From a bacterium (GTDB lineage: Bacteria > Deinococcota > Deinococci > Deinococcales > Deinococcaceae): a DNA stretch of 64,000 nt. The notes beneath the pieces were generated by a model that had not been told where the DNA came from, ran no database searches, and worked only from the letters and a program-made list of their open reading frames with translations. A program made the translations under genes and the position numbers. The stretch covers positions 30,450 through 94,449 of the forward strand of contig JAJZIR010000011.1 of assembly GCA_021810505.1 (NCBI GenBank). The letters run 5' to 3'. Below, in pieces: positions 9,926-19,441 of this stretch (the first letter of the stretch is position 1; each line of letters opens with the position of its first letter).

Positions 9926-11899
9926 TCAGCCGAGCAGCCGGCTCGCAAGTTCGACGACGCGTTCAGGGGTGAACCCGAACTTCTCGAAGAGGATTTTGGC
10001 CGGGGCGCTGGCACCGAAGTGGGAGAGGGCTAAAACCTCGCCGCGGCCGCCCAGCCATTCGTACCAGCTCTGCGGGCTGGCCGCCTCGATGGCGATCCGG
10101 GGGAGTTCGGGATCTAGGATGCTGCGCTGGTAGGCTGGGTCCTGCTGCCGGAACAGCTCCATGCTGGGCATGCTGACCACCCGCGCGGGCTGGCCGCGCT
10201 GAGCCAGCAGCTCGGCGGCGGAGAGGGCCAGGGACACCTCGCTGCCGCTGGCCATCAGGGTCAGGACCGGCTTGGCCGGGTCGGCGACCAGGTAGGCCCC
10301 CTTGCGGACGCCCTCCAGCTTGGCCGGAAGCGTGGGCAGATCCTGGCGGGTCAGCACCAGCGCGGTGGGACCGTCGCTGCGCTCCAGCGCGATCCGCCAG
10401 GCCGCCGCCGTCTCGTTGGCATCGGCCGGGCGCAGCAGGACCACTCCCGGGGTGGCGCGCAGGGCTGCCAGCTGCTCCACCGGCTGATGCGTGGGGCCGT
10501 CCTCGCCCAGCCCAATGGAGTCGTGGGTGAAGATGTAGATCACCGGCAGGTGCATCAGAGAGCTGAGCCGTAGAGAGGGCTTCAAGTAGTCCGAGAAGAT
10601 CAGGAAAGTCCCCACGAAAGGGCGCAGCGGGGCGTAGAGAGCCAGCCCATTGGCCGCCGCGGCCATGCCGTGCTCCCTGACGCCGAAGTAGAGGTTCCGA
10701 CCGCGGTAGTCCTCTGGGCCCAGGAAGGGCTCGCCGGCGATGGTGGTCTTGGTCGAACCGGATAGGTCAGCGCTCCCCCCCAGGAGCGGCTTGAGCGCAG
10801 CCCCCAGGGTGCTGATCACCTGCCCGCTGGCCGCCCGGGTGGCTAGCTTGCTCCCCTCCTCGAAGGTGGGGAGCTTCTGCTCCCAACCGGCCGGCAGCTC
10901 TCCCGCGAGCAGGGCGCTGAGCTCGGCGTAGGCCTGGGGATGGGCAGCTTGGTAGGCCGCGAGCAGGGCGTTCCACTTCGACTCCAGCTGCTCCCCTCTG
11001 GGCAGGGCCTCGCGGAAGTGGGCCAAGGCGGTGTCCGGGACAGTGAACGGCTCCGGATAGGGCCAGCCCAAGGCCTGCTTGGTCAAGACGACCTCCTCGG
11101 CGCCCAAGGCCTCGCCGTGCGCCTTGGAGGTTCCAGCCTTGTGCGGCGATCCGTAACCGATCACCGTCCGCACCCGGATCAGGGTGGGGCGGCTGGAGTC
11201 CGCCTTGGCCTGGGTGAGGGCCTGCGCGATAGCGGCGGTGTCGTTGCCGTCAGTGACGCTGAGGACCCGCCAACCGTAGCCGGCGAAGCGCTGCTCAGTG
11301 TCGTCGGTGAAAGTGACCGCAGTCGCCGCGTCCAAGCTGACCTGGTTATCGTCATACAGCCAGATCAGCTTGCCCAGGCGCAGGTGGCCGGCCAGGCTAG
11401 CCGCTTCGTGGCTGATCCCTTCCATCAGGTCCCCGTCCGAGACGATGGCGTAGGTGTGGTTATCGAACAGGGGAAAGCCCGGGCGGTTGTAGGTCGCGGC
11501 CAGGTGCGCCTCGGCCATGGCCATACCCACGCTGCTGCCGGCGCCCTGGCCCAACGGCCCGGTGGTCATCTCCAAGCCAGCGGTGTGGCCGTACTCCGGG
11601 TGGCCGGGGGTCTTGGAGCCCCACTGCCGGAACTGCTTGAGGTCTTCCAGAGTCAGGCCGTAACCGCTGAGGTAGAGCAGCGTGTAGATCAGCATACTGG
11701 CGTGCCCTGGGGAGAGAACGAAGCGGTCCCGGCCTGGCCAGCGCGGGTTGGTCGGGTTGTGCCGCAGGAACTTGGTCCACAGCACGTAAGCCAGCGGGGC
11801 TAGGCCGAGGGGGGCGCCGGGGTGTCCGGAGTTCGCCTTCTGGACCCCGTCGATGGCCAGCGTCCGGATCGTATTGATGGAGAGCTGTTCCAAATCCAT
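9926..11899 (-). CDS. tkt: Transketolase (start at MDLEQLSINTIR, 11899)
   Basis: ThDP motif region GHPGAPLG, ...GDG...EG, full-length ~658 aa. Confidence 0.9.
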   Translation of the reverse strand: MDLEQLSINTIRTLAIDGVQKANSGHPGAPLGLAPLAYVLWTKFLRHNPTNPRWPGRDRFVLSPGHASMLIYTLLYLSGYGLTLEDLKQFRQWGSKTPGHPEYGHTAGLEMTTGPLGQGAGSSVGMAMAEAHLAATYNRPGFPLFDNHTYAIVSDGDLMEGISHEAASLAGHLRLGKLIWLYDDNQVSLDAATAVTFTDDTEQRFAGYGWRVLSVTDGNDTAAIAQALTQAKADSSRPTLIRVRTVIGYGSPHKAGTSKAHGEALGAEEVVLTKQALGWPYPEPFTVPDTALAHFREALPRGEQLESKWNALLAAYQAAHPQAYAELSALLAGELPAGWEQKLPTFEEGSKLATRAASGQVISTLGAALKPLLGGSADLSGSTKTTIAGEPFLGPEDYRGRNLYFGVREHGMAAAANGLALYAPLRPFVGTFLIFSDYLKPSLRLSSLMHLPVIYIFTHDSIGLGEDGPTHQPVEQLAALRATPGVVLLRPADANETAAAWRIALERSDGPTALVLTRQDLPTLPAKLEGVRKGAYLVADPAKPVLTLMASGSEVSLALSAAELLAQRGQPARVVSMPSMELFRQQDPAYQRSILDPELPRIAIEAASPQSWYEWLGGRGEVLALSHFGASAPAKILFEKFGFTPERVVELASRLLG

Positions 11900-11979
11900 G
11901 CGGTCTATTGTACCCCGGAGCCGCGGCTCCGGCGGCAAAGGCCACCTTTTGGCCGTTCCGGCTCTGCTAGAGTGCCCGC

Positions 11980-12684
11980 ATGAGCTTGATCGGTGTCACT
12001 TGCCAATACCGCGGCAGCCAGGACTTCCGCCCCCTCTGGGGATCCAACGGCTACTACCTGGAGTCCCTGACTTCCTGCGGCGCTACCCCGCTGCTGATCC
12101 CACCCCTCCCCGCCGATCGGCTGGGGGAACTGCTCCAGCGGCTGGACGGGGTAGTGCTGACCGGCGGGCCGGACCTGGACCCGATCCACTACGGGGAGGA
12201 GATGACGCCGGGGCAGGGGGAGGTCAACCCGCAGCGCGACGCGCTCGACTTGGCGGTGGCCCGGCTGGCCGCCGAGCGGGGCCTGCCGCTGCTGGGCATC
12301 TGCCGCGGGATCCAGGTCGCCAACGTGGCCCTGGGGGGAAGCTTGCACCAAGACCTGGCCCAAGCCGGGTTCACCAGCTTGGCGCACGCTCAGAAGTCGC
12401 CGCCACCGGTACTAGCCCACCGCATCGACCTGGAGCCGGAGGCCGGGGCGCTGAGGGAAATCTTCCCGGAGAGCTTTCGGACCAACTCCTATCACCACCA
12501 GGGACTCAAGGACCTGGCCCCAGGCCTGCAGGTGCTGGCTACCGCCCCGGACGGCCTCATCGAGGCGGCTTCGCTGCGGGGCCACCCCTTCTACCTGCTG
12601 GTCCAGTGGCACCCCGAGATGCTCCCGGAGCAGCGCGGCCTGTTCGCCAGCCTGATCCGAGCCAGCCAGGCCGTCGCAGCCTGA
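11980..12684 (+). CDS. Peptidase C26 / class-I glutamine amidotransferase-like hydrolase (gamma-glutamyl-GABA hydrolase family)
   Basis: GICRGIQ nucleophile motif, HHQ and WHPE motifs. Confidence 0.75.
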   Translation: MSLIGVTCQYRGSQDFRPLWGSNGYYLESLTSCGATPLLIPPLPADRLGELLQRLDGVVLTGGPDLDPIHYGEEMTPGQGEVNPQRDALDLAVARLAAERGLPLLGICRGIQVANVALGGSLHQDLAQAGFTSLAHAQKSPPPVLAHRIDLEPEAGALREIFPESFRTNSYHHQGLKDLAPGLQVLATAPDGLIEAASLRGHPFYLLVQWHPEMLPEQRGLFASLIRASQAVAA

Positions 12685-12690
12685 GGGCCG

Positions 12691-13284
12691 TTAGCGGCGG
12701 CGGAGCCGGCCCAGAACCCGGCGGATCAGGGCCTCGGCGTCCAGCTCCGGACCGCTGACCTGCTCCTCCCGGAGCAGCGGCCGCACCTGTGCATCGGAGA
12801 ACCCCAGCGAGAGTAGGGCGGCCAAGGCGTCGGTAACTGCCTGGTTCTCACCGGGCGGCCCGCTCTGGGTCTCTGCCAGCAGCGCTCCGGGCAGGCGGCC
12901 CTGGAGCTCCAAGACGGTCCGCTCAGCCAGGCGGCGCCCAATTCCCGGGACGCTGGACAGCAGGGCGCTGTCGCCTTGAGCCAGGGCACCTACCAGCACT
13001 GGGAGCGGCAGGGTGGAGAGCAGGTTCAGGGCGGTCCGGGCACCCACGCCGCTGACCGAGGTGAGCAGGTCGAACAGGGACAGCAGCTCAGGCTGCAGGA
13101 AACCGTAGAGCGTCCAGGCATCTTCGCGGACCAGCAGCCGGGTGAGCAGCCGTACCTCTTGGCCGACGGATAAGCGAGCCAGGCTGGACTTGGGGATCCA
13201 GACCTCGTAGCCGACGCCACCGCAGACCACCACCAGGCTGCTCTCGCGCAGCTCGGCGACTTCCCCCTGCAGCGATGCGATCAC
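12691..13284 (-). CDS. ruvA: Holliday junction branch migration protein RuvA (not adjacent to ruvB/ruvC)
   Basis: RuvA domain I/II sequence (MIASLQGEV...VVVVCGGVGYEV), HhH motifs, C-terminal domain III. Confidence 0.85.
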   Translation of the reverse strand: MIASLQGEVAELRESSLVVVCGGVGYEVWIPKSSLARLSVGQEVRLLTRLLVREDAWTLYGFLQPELLSLFDLLTSVSGVGARTALNLLSTLPLPVLVGALAQGDSALLSSVPGIGRRLAERTVLELQGRLPGALLAETQSGPPGENQAVTDALAALLSLGFSDAQVRPLLREEQVSGPELDAEALIRRVLGRLRRR

Positions 13285-13322
13285 GGCTCACTCTACTCGC
13301 AGGCAGGCGGCCTAGGCTGAGT

Positions 13323-13886
13323 GAGATGCGGGGGTTGCTGCGCTGGATCTTGGGGGTAGCCCTACCCATCTGGCTGATCCTCACCTTTCTAGCGGTCCCG
13401 GAGGAGGTGGTGGGTCACAGCATGGAACCCACCCTGCACACGGGAGACCGGGTGATCGTCTTCAAGCTGCCCAGGTGGCTGCACGCCTGGGGCCTAGACC
13501 CCCACTGGCTGCCGGCCGGCAGCATCGCCGCTTTCCGGCCCCCAGCTGGCAGCCCCTACGACCTGCAGCGCGGGCTCTTCGGGCTGAGCTTCCACCCCTA
13601 TTTGATCAAGCGGGTGGTAGCAATTCCCGGGGACACCGTCGCGATGCGCGCCGGCGTGCTGCTGCGGAACGGCCGCCCGGTCCACGAGGCTTACACCAGC
13701 GAGGTCCAAGGGGCGAGCAGCTTCCGGCCGGTCCACCTGGGGAAGGGGCAGTACTTCTTGCTGGGGGATAACCGGGCGCTGGGCGCGAGCCTAGACAGCC
13801 GCTATTTCGGGCCGGTCCCGGCGCAGGACATCGCCGGACCGGTCATCTTCCGCTTCTGGCCGCTGAGCCGTTGGGGACCTCTTTGA
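13323..13886 (+). CDS. lepB: Signal peptidase I
   Basis: Catalytic boxes GHSMEPTL (Ser), KRVVAIPGD (Lys), GDNRALGASLDSRYFG; start at MRGLLRWILG. Confidence 0.85.
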   Translation, partial: EMRGLLRWILGVALPIWLILTFLAVPEEVVGHSMEPTLHTGDRVIVFKLPRWLHAWGLDPHWLPAGSIAAFRPPAGSPYDLQRGLFGLSFHPYLIKRVVAIPGDTVAMRAGVLLRNGRPVHEAYTSEVQGASSFRPVHLGKGQYFLLGDNRALGASLDSRYFGPVPAQDIAGPVIFRFWPLSRWGPL

Positions 13887-13921
13887 GGCGGTGGTCAGCT
13901 AGCTGCGATAGACTGACAGAA

Positions 13922-13940
13922 GTTTTGCGCCCGCAAAACT
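13922..13940. promoter_or_regulatory. Perfect 8-bp-arm palindrome GTTTTGCG-CC-CGCAAAAC, 40 nt upstream of rny; candidate operator or lepB terminator stem
   Basis: Direct reading of the sequence; followed by CAAGGGAATATGTTGATCAG and a GGAGAAG RBS. Confidence 0.3.
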
Positions 13941-13979
13941 GTCAAGGGAATATGTTGATCAGCGCCGAAAGGAGAAGCA

Positions 13980-15617
13980 ATGCTGCTGGTGTATCTCGTG
14001 CTTGCTTTCTTGATCGGTGCGGTTGCCGGAGGGTGGTATTTCTATCGCCGAGCACTGGTTCAGCGGCAGCATGTCGATGAGGAGATCAAGAATGCCGCCG
14101 AACAGGAAGTCGCTCAGCTGCGCCGGGACGCCGAGCAAGACATCGCCCAGGGACGCACAGAGATCGAACGCCTCAAGGCCGACGCGCACCGCATCCTCCA
14201 AGAAGCCGAAATGGAAGTCCGTGCCAAGCTGCTCGAGGGCCGCAATCAGCTGGAGCAGGAGGCGCTCAGCGAACGCGCTTCGCTTCGGACCGAGCGCGAG
14301 GAGTTCCGCCGCGAGCGCGAGGAGCTCAAGCGGGAGATCGAACGCCTCAACCGGCGGGCCGAGCAGCTAGACGCCCGCGGCCTCAAGCTCGACCAGCTCG
14401 AGGAGAAAATCGAGACCGACCAGCTGCAGGCAAGGGAGCGGCTCCAAGCCGCCGAGGAGACGCTCAGGGCCGCCGAGGCCCGGCTCTACGAGATCGGCCA
14501 GCTCAGCCCCGAGGAAGCCAGGGAGCGGATCCTGGCGCGGCTGGACAGCGAGCTGGAAGAGGAGAAGGCGGTCCGGATCCGGGTAGCGGCCGAGCGGACC
14601 TCGCTGGAAGCCAAGCGGCGCTCCCAGCAGATCATCGCCCAGGCCATCCAGAGATCGGCCAGCGAGACCAGCGCGGCGATGACCGTCTCGGTGGTGGCCA
14701 TCCCCAGCGACGCTATGAAGGGGAGGATCATCGGCCGGGAAGGGCGCAATATCCGAGCTTTCGAGGCGCTCACCGGTGTCGATCTGATCATCGACGACAC
14801 CCCCGAGGCGGTCCTGCTCTCCAGTTTCAACCCGCTCAGGCGGGAGATCGCCCGCCACGCCTTAGAGAGCTTGATCGCCGACGGGCGGATCCACCCCAGC
14901 CGCATCGAGGAGGTAGTCCACAAGGCCCAGGAGGACATGAAGGTGTTCATCCACAACCAGGGCGAGGAAGCAGCCTTAGAGGCGGCGGTGCTGGGCCTCA
15001 AGCCCGGGCTGTTGCAGCTGCTGGGGCGGATGCACTTCCGCACCTCTTACGGCCAGAACGTTCTCAAGCACAGCATCCAGGTCGCCCACCTCAGCGGGCT
15101 GCTGGCCAGCGAGTTGGGACTGGACGGCGCGATGGGCCGCCGGGCCGGCCTGCTGCACGACATCGGCAAGTCGATTGACCGGGAGATCGAAGGCACCCAC
15201 GTGGAGATCGGCATTCACTTGGCCAAGCGCTTCGGAGAAGGGGCCGAAGTGCTGGACGGGATCGCTCACCACCACGACCCAGAGAACAGCGAGACGCTGT
15301 TCGGGGTCCTGGTCGCCGCAGCCGACGCTATCAGCGCGGCCCGCCCGGGCGCCCGGCGCGAAAGCCTAGAGGTGTACATCAAGCGCTTGGAACAGATCGA
15401 GCAGATCGCCACCTCCTTTCCCGGGGTCGAGACCGCCTTCGCCATCCAAGCCGGCCGCGAGGTGCGGGTGATCGTGCAGCCGCAGAAGGTGAGCGATGCC
15501 AGGGCCACCCTCTTGGCTAGGGAGATCGCCGGTCGGATCGAACAGGATATGGAATATCCCGGTCAGGTCCAGATCACTGTGGTGCGCGAGTCCCGAGCTA
15601 TCGACTATGCCAAGTGA
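13980..15617 (+). CDS. rny: Ribonuclease Y (membrane-anchored, KH + HD domains)
   Basis: N-terminal TM helix, long coiled-coil, KH (GRIIGREGRNIRAFE), HD domain (HSIQVAHL...LHDIGK). Confidence 0.85.
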   Translation: MLLVYLVLAFLIGAVAGGWYFYRRALVQRQHVDEEIKNAAEQEVAQLRRDAEQDIAQGRTEIERLKADAHRILQEAEMEVRAKLLEGRNQLEQEALSERASLRTEREEFRREREELKREIERLNRRAEQLDARGLKLDQLEEKIETDQLQARERLQAAEETLRAAEARLYEIGQLSPEEARERILARLDSELEEEKAVRIRVAAERTSLEAKRRSQQIIAQAIQRSASETSAAMTVSVVAIPSDAMKGRIIGREGRNIRAFEALTGVDLIIDDTPEAVLLSSFNPLRREIARHALESLIADGRIHPSRIEEVVHKAQEDMKVFIHNQGEEAALEAAVLGLKPGLLQLLGRMHFRTSYGQNVLKHSIQVAHLSGLLASELGLDGAMGRRAGLLHDIGKSIDREIEGTHVEIGIHLAKRFGEGAEVLDGIAHHHDPENSETLFGVLVAAADAISAARPGARRESLEVYIKRLEQIEQIATSFPGVETAFAIQAGREVRVIVQPQKVSDARATLLAREIAGRIEQDMEYPGQVQITVVRESRAIDYAK

Positions 15618-16635
15618 GCGGCCCGGCCGGGTGATCCTGCTGGCCGGGGGCGAATCGGAGGAGCACGAGGTCAGCCTGCAAGGGGCCCAGCAGGTACTCG
15701 CCCAGCTGCAGGAGCGCTACGCCGTACAGACCCTGGTGATCAGCAAGCAGGGTGCGCTGCTGAGCCCGGAGGCCAGCCAGTTGGCCCTGGGGAACGGACA
15801 GGCCCCCCTACCCGGGCCGCTGCTGGGCCGGGAGCTGGAGCTGCTCAAGGGAGCCGAGGTGGTCTTCCCCCTGTTGCACGGCCCGCTGGGCGAGGACGGC
15901 ACGGTGCAGGGCTTGCTGCGCCTGGCCCACCTGCCCTTCGTGGGCAGCGGCGTCTTGGCCAGCGCGCTGTGTATGGACAAGGCCATGAGCAAGCAGATCC
16001 TGGGGGCAGCTGGGTTGGAGCAGGTACGCTGGGCGCTGCTGACTAGGGGGCAGTTCCGGAGCTCGCCGGAAGCCACTCTGGAGCAAGTCCAGCAACTGGG
16101 TTTCCCAGTATTCATCAAGCCGGCCAACCTGGGATCCAGCGTAGGGATCACCAAGGCTAGGGACACCGGTCAACTCCAGCTGGCCTTAGAGCAGGCCTTC
16201 GCCTTAGACCGCCGGGTCATCGCCGAGGCCATGGCCGCGGAACACCCCGTCGAGATCGAAGTAGGGGTTCTGGGCAACGACGAGCTTCTGGTGAGCCCGG
16301 CCGGTGAGATCCGCTACCCGGGCGACTTCTACGACTACGCTACCAAGTACACCGAAGGGGCAGCCGAGCTGGTGATCCCCGCCGAGATCCCAGACGCCGT
16401 AGCCAATCTAGCCCGGGAGCAGGCCGCTCTGGCCTTTTCGGCCCTAGACTGCGCCGGCCTGGCCCGGGTGGACTTCTTCTACTTGCCCGAGAGCGGCCGG
16501 CTGCTGATCAACGAGGTGAACACCATGCCAGGCTTCACCCCCACCAGCATGTACCCCAAGCTGTTCGAGGCAGCCGGCCTCTCCTACGGTGCGCTGATCG
16601 ACCGGCTGCTGCAGCTGGCCCTGGAGCGGCGCTGA
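15607..16635 (+). CDS. ddl: D-alanine--D-alanine ligase (start MPSERPGRVILLAGG at 15607, overlapping rny end by 11 nt)
   Basis: ATP-grasp D-Ala-D-Ala ligase motifs (VLLAGGESEEHEVSL, GSSVGI, EVNTMPGFT). Confidence 0.85.
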   Translation: MPSERPGRVILLAGGESEEHEVSLQGAQQVLAQLQERYAVQTLVISKQGALLSPEASQLALGNGQAPLPGPLLGRELELLKGAEVVFPLLHGPLGEDGTVQGLLRLAHLPFVGSGVLASALCMDKAMSKQILGAAGLEQVRWALLTRGQFRSSPEATLEQVQQLGFPVFIKPANLGSSVGITKARDTGQLQLALEQAFALDRRVIAEAMAAEHPVEIEVGVLGNDELLVSPAGEIRYPGDFYDYATKYTEGAAELVIPAEIPDAVANLAREQAALAFSALDCAGLARVDFFYLPESGRLLINEVNTMPGFTPTSMYPKLFEAAGLSYGALIDRLLQLALERR

Positions 16636-16934
16636 TGGCCGGAGAGCGCTGGGCCCGGCTGGTCTTAGGTTTCTCGCTGGCCACCATCTTGGGTATCGGC
16701 CTGCAGTTCGCTCTGGCCACCCTGGACCCGCACGCCTGCCGCTACCGCACCGCCCTGCTGCTGCTTCCAGCGCTGCTGACCGGACCTGGCGGCATCGCTC
16801 TGGTGGGGATCGGGATGAGCCGGCGCAGCCTGCTGACACCTTTAGGGATGGGAGTGGTTCTGGCCTCGCTGTACCCGGTCCTCTACGACGCGCTGCGGGC
16901 CATCGGCCAGCTGCGCCCACTGTGCGGGCTCTGA
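16635..16934 (+). CDS. Hypothetical small membrane protein (3 predicted TM helices), coupled to ddl by a TGATG overlap
   Basis: Hydrophobic segments; 1-nt stop/start overlap with ddl; no homolog recognised. Confidence 0.35.
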   Translation: MAGERWARLVLGFSLATILGIGLQFALATLDPHACRYRTALLLLPALLTGPGGIALVGIGMSRRSLLTPLGMGVVLASLYPVLYDALRAIGQLRPLCGL

Positions 16935-16944
16935 TGGCGAGCTC

Positions 16945-16987
16945 AATTACTTTATACCCATATAGTTGACCTATAAAATTTATAGCT
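16945..16987 (+). promoter_or_regulatory. AT-rich promoter/operator region of marR-1 with near-palindrome CTATAAAATTTATAG and TATAGTTGACCTAT motif
   Basis: Only AT-rich island in the local region; motif shared with marR-2 upstream (CTCAATTA..., TATAnTTGAC). Confidence 0.3.
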
Positions 16988-17440
16988 ATGGATGACCTCG
17001 CCGTCCGCCCCGAGATCCGAGCTTGGCTGGCTATCGACCGGGCCCACCACGTCCTGAGCCGTCTGCTGCAGCAGCACATGGCCCACTACGGCCTCACCAA
17101 GCCCCAGTACACCGTCTTGCGCACCTTGGGGGAGCAGCAGAGCGCCTCGCTGTCCGAGTTAGCTGCGTCCATGGATGTCACGCTGGGCAATCTGACCGGG
17201 ATCGTCGACCGCTTGGAAGCTGCCGATCTGGTGCGCAGGCAGCGCGACGCCACCGACCGGCGCAGCCTGCGTCTGCAGATCACCCCAGCGGGAAGGGAGC
17301 TCTACCAGCAGGCGGTCCCTTCGACCAGAGGCTGCGTTCGCGAGCTGTTCTCGGCGCTCTCACCTCAGGAGATCAGCGAGCTCGAGCGGCTCTTGGAGAA
17401 GCTGTTGGCGCAGCTCCACCTGGAGGAGGTGCCAGCATGA
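16988..17440 (+). CDS. MarR-family transcriptional regulator
   Basis: Winged-helix MarR signature (LTKPQYTVLRTLGEQQSASLSELA...DRRSLRLQITPAG); stop overlaps MFS start (ATGA). Confidence 0.8.
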   Translation: MDDLAVRPEIRAWLAIDRAHHVLSRLLQQHMAHYGLTKPQYTVLRTLGEQQSASLSELAASMDVTLGNLTGIVDRLEAADLVRRQRDATDRRSLRLQITPAGRELYQQAVPSTRGCVRELFSALSPQEISELERLLEKLLAQLHLEEVPA

Positions 17441-18897
17441 GCCTGCACCAGCGCGTCTCCTACAAGTGGCTGGCGCTGTCGGTCACCAGCTTAGGAGCCC
17501 TGGTGGCCTCGATGAACAGCGGCACGCTGATCATCGCCCTACCTACCCTGCTGCGCGACCTGCACACCAGCCTGCTGGATCTGATCTGGATCCTGCTGGC
17601 TTATAACCTGACCCAGACGGTTCTGGTGTTGAACGTCGGCCGCTTCTCGGACATGTGGGGGCGCAAGCGGCTGTTCGTCCTCGGCTTCGCGGTGTTCACG
17701 GCGGCGGCTCTGCTGGCCGGGATGACCTCCAGCGTCGGGTGGCTGATCGCCCTGCGGGCGCTGCAGGGGGTGGGAGGTGCCTTCATGATCGCCAACTCCT
17801 CGGCGATCGTTACCGACGCCTTCCCGCGCAGCGAGCTGGGATTGGCCATCGGGACCAACCAGATGATGGTGGCAGTCGGCCTGATCTTGGGACCGATCCT
17901 GGGAGGCTGGCTCACCACCCTGGGCTGGCGCTGGGTGTTCTGGTTCAATGTTCCCTTGGGGTTGATCGGCCTGATCTGGGCTCTGTGGACACTGCGCGAA
18001 CCGCAGGCCGCCTTGGACCGCCGCGATCCGGTCGATTTCGTGGGTAACCTGACCTACGCGGTAGGCTTGGCCGCGCTGATGCTGGGACTCTCCGTCGGCG
18101 GGATCGAGAACTGGAATAAGTTCCCGATCTACGCAGTGATCGCCGTGCTGGCCTTGATCGCTTTCTTCCTCACCGAGCTGCGGATAAAAAAGCCGATGCT
18201 CGACCTCACGCTGTTCGGGCGAACCACCTTCTCGCTGAACAACTTACTGGCCTTCATCAGCGCGGTGACTCGGCAGGCGCTCACCTTCCTGTTCGTGTTC
18301 TATTTCCAAGGTGCTAGGGGCTACAGCCCGGTCTTGGCCGGCTTGGCCCTGGGGCCGCTGGCGGTAGGCCTGCTGGTGGCCTCGCCGATCTCGGGGCGGC
18401 TGGCCGACCGCTTCGGGCCCAAGCTGTTCTCCTGGCTGGGACTGGCCCTCAGCACCCTGGCCACGGCGGGCTTCGCCCTAACCCTGGGGCTGCACACCCC
18501 CTACTGGCAGCTAGCCGCCTGGATGTTGCTGGGCGGGCTGGGATCGGGCCTGTTCAACTCGCCCAACTCCAGCGCGATCATGGGCAGCGTCCCGCCGGAC
18601 CGGCGGGGCATCGCCGCTGGCACCAGAACGCTGCTGATCAGCGTGGGCGGCGTCCTATCGATCATCTACACCATCAGCGTGGTGGTGGCCAGCGTGCCCA
18701 AGTCGGTGATGTTCCAAGTCTTCTCCGGCCTGGCCTCCAACCTGCCGGCTGCCACGCTCGACCCCTTCGTCTCCGGGCTGCGGGTGGCTTTCTGGACGCT
18801 GGCCGCGATCGGGTTGGTGGGGGTGCTATTGGCCTTGGCGGGGCCAGTTCAGGAGCGCAGGCCGGCCAACCTGGCGATGCGCTCAGCGGATGACTGA
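17437..18897 (+). CDS. MFS transporter, DHA2 (EmrB/QacA-like, 14 TMS) drug:H+ antiporter
   Basis: MFS motifs (GRFSDMWGRKRL), 14 hydrophobic segments; true start ATG 17437 (track ORF 17023 is an upstream extension through marR). Confidence 0.8.
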   Translation: MSLHQRVSYKWLALSVTSLGALVASMNSGTLIIALPTLLRDLHTSLLDLIWILLAYNLTQTVLVLNVGRFSDMWGRKRLFVLGFAVFTAAALLAGMTSSVGWLIALRALQGVGGAFMIANSSAIVTDAFPRSELGLAIGTNQMMVAVGLILGPILGGWLTTLGWRWVFWFNVPLGLIGLIWALWTLREPQAALDRRDPVDFVGNLTYAVGLAALMLGLSVGGIENWNKFPIYAVIAVLALIAFFLTELRIKKPMLDLTLFGRTTFSLNNLLAFISAVTRQALTFLFVFYFQGARGYSPVLAGLALGPLAVGLLVASPISGRLADRFGPKLFSWLGLALSTLATAGFALTLGLHTPYWQLAAWMLLGGLGSGLFNSPNSSAIMGSVPPDRRGIAAGTRTLLISVGGVLSIIYTISVVVASVPKSVMFQVFSGLASNLPAATLDPFVSGLRVAFWTLAAIGLVGVLLALAGPVQERRPANLAMRSADD

Positions 18898-18929
18898 GCA
18901 CCTCGGGGCAATTGCGAGGAATCCAACAA

Positions 18930-18961
18930 ACTCAATTATTGCAAGGGAATATATTTGACAT
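18930..18961 (+). promoter_or_regulatory. Promoter/operator of marR-2: CTCAATTATTGCAAGGGAATATATTTGACAT immediately before ATG
   Basis: TATATT sits at -12..-7 relative to ATG (leaderless-type spacing); shares CTCAATTA and TATAnTTGAC with marR-1 and CAAGGGAATAT with rny upstream. Confidence 0.3.
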
Positions 18962-19441
18962 ATGGAACTATTGCAGAACAAAACTACTCACCCGGAAGCA
19001 CCAGGCCCTGATCTGGCCTGGCGCTTCGCGGGAGCCTGGCTGCGGATAGCGCGGATCATGCGCTGCGGCTTGGATCAGGCCTTCTCCGGAGAGGAAGACT
19101 TCAATGCCAAGGACTATTTCCTGCTGCGCTGGATTCATGACGGTCTGCACTACCCCGGCGCGCTCTCCGAACAGACCATGATGCCGGCCTCCATGATCAG
19201 CCACCAGCTGGAACGCCTCCTGAGGGCCGGCTGGTTGAGCCGCCAGATCGACCGGCAGGACGCCAGGCGCACCCGCTTCGAGCTGACCGAGACCGGGAGA
19301 AAGGCGTTGGAGCGCGGGGACCGGTTGGTGGGCGAGGTGATCCAGAGCTACCTGGCCAGGGTACCTCTAGAGCGGCGGGAGGAGTTCATCTCCAGCTGCG
19401 AGCGCTTAGCCGAGGGGCCCACAGGAGCGAGCCATGTATAG
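18962..19441 (+). CDS. MarR-family transcriptional regulator (second copy)
   Basis: MarR wHTH (DYFLLRWIHDG...TRFELTETGRKAL); overlaps downstream MFS by 8 nt. Confidence 0.75.
   Translation: MELLQNKTTHPEAPGPDLAWRFAGAWLRIARIMRCGLDQAFSGEEDFNAKDYFLLRWIHDGLHYPGALSEQTMMPASMISHQLERLLRAGWLSRQIDRQDARRTRFELTETGRKALERGDRLVGEVIQSYLARVPLERREEFISSCERLAEGPTGASHV

Noticed and set aside
13922-13940. Palindrome GTTTTGCGCCCGCAAAAC as a Deinococcus RDRM (DdrO) site
   Set aside because: RDRM consensus TTMYGY-N5-RCRKAA is 17 nt with ATGT/ACAT cores; this palindrome is 16 nt with TTGC/GCAA cores, so not a match; kept only as generic candidate operator.
17023-17436. Upstream extension of the MFS ORF (track start 17023) and similar N-terminal extensions for yidC (8733), tkt (11938), mscS (31139), groES (33789), livK-like (55829), lepB (13275), ddl (15496), argC (27493)
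   Set aside because: Extensions overlap neighbouring genes, lack signal peptides/conserved N-termini; internal starts with RBS and conserved N-terminal motifs chosen instead.
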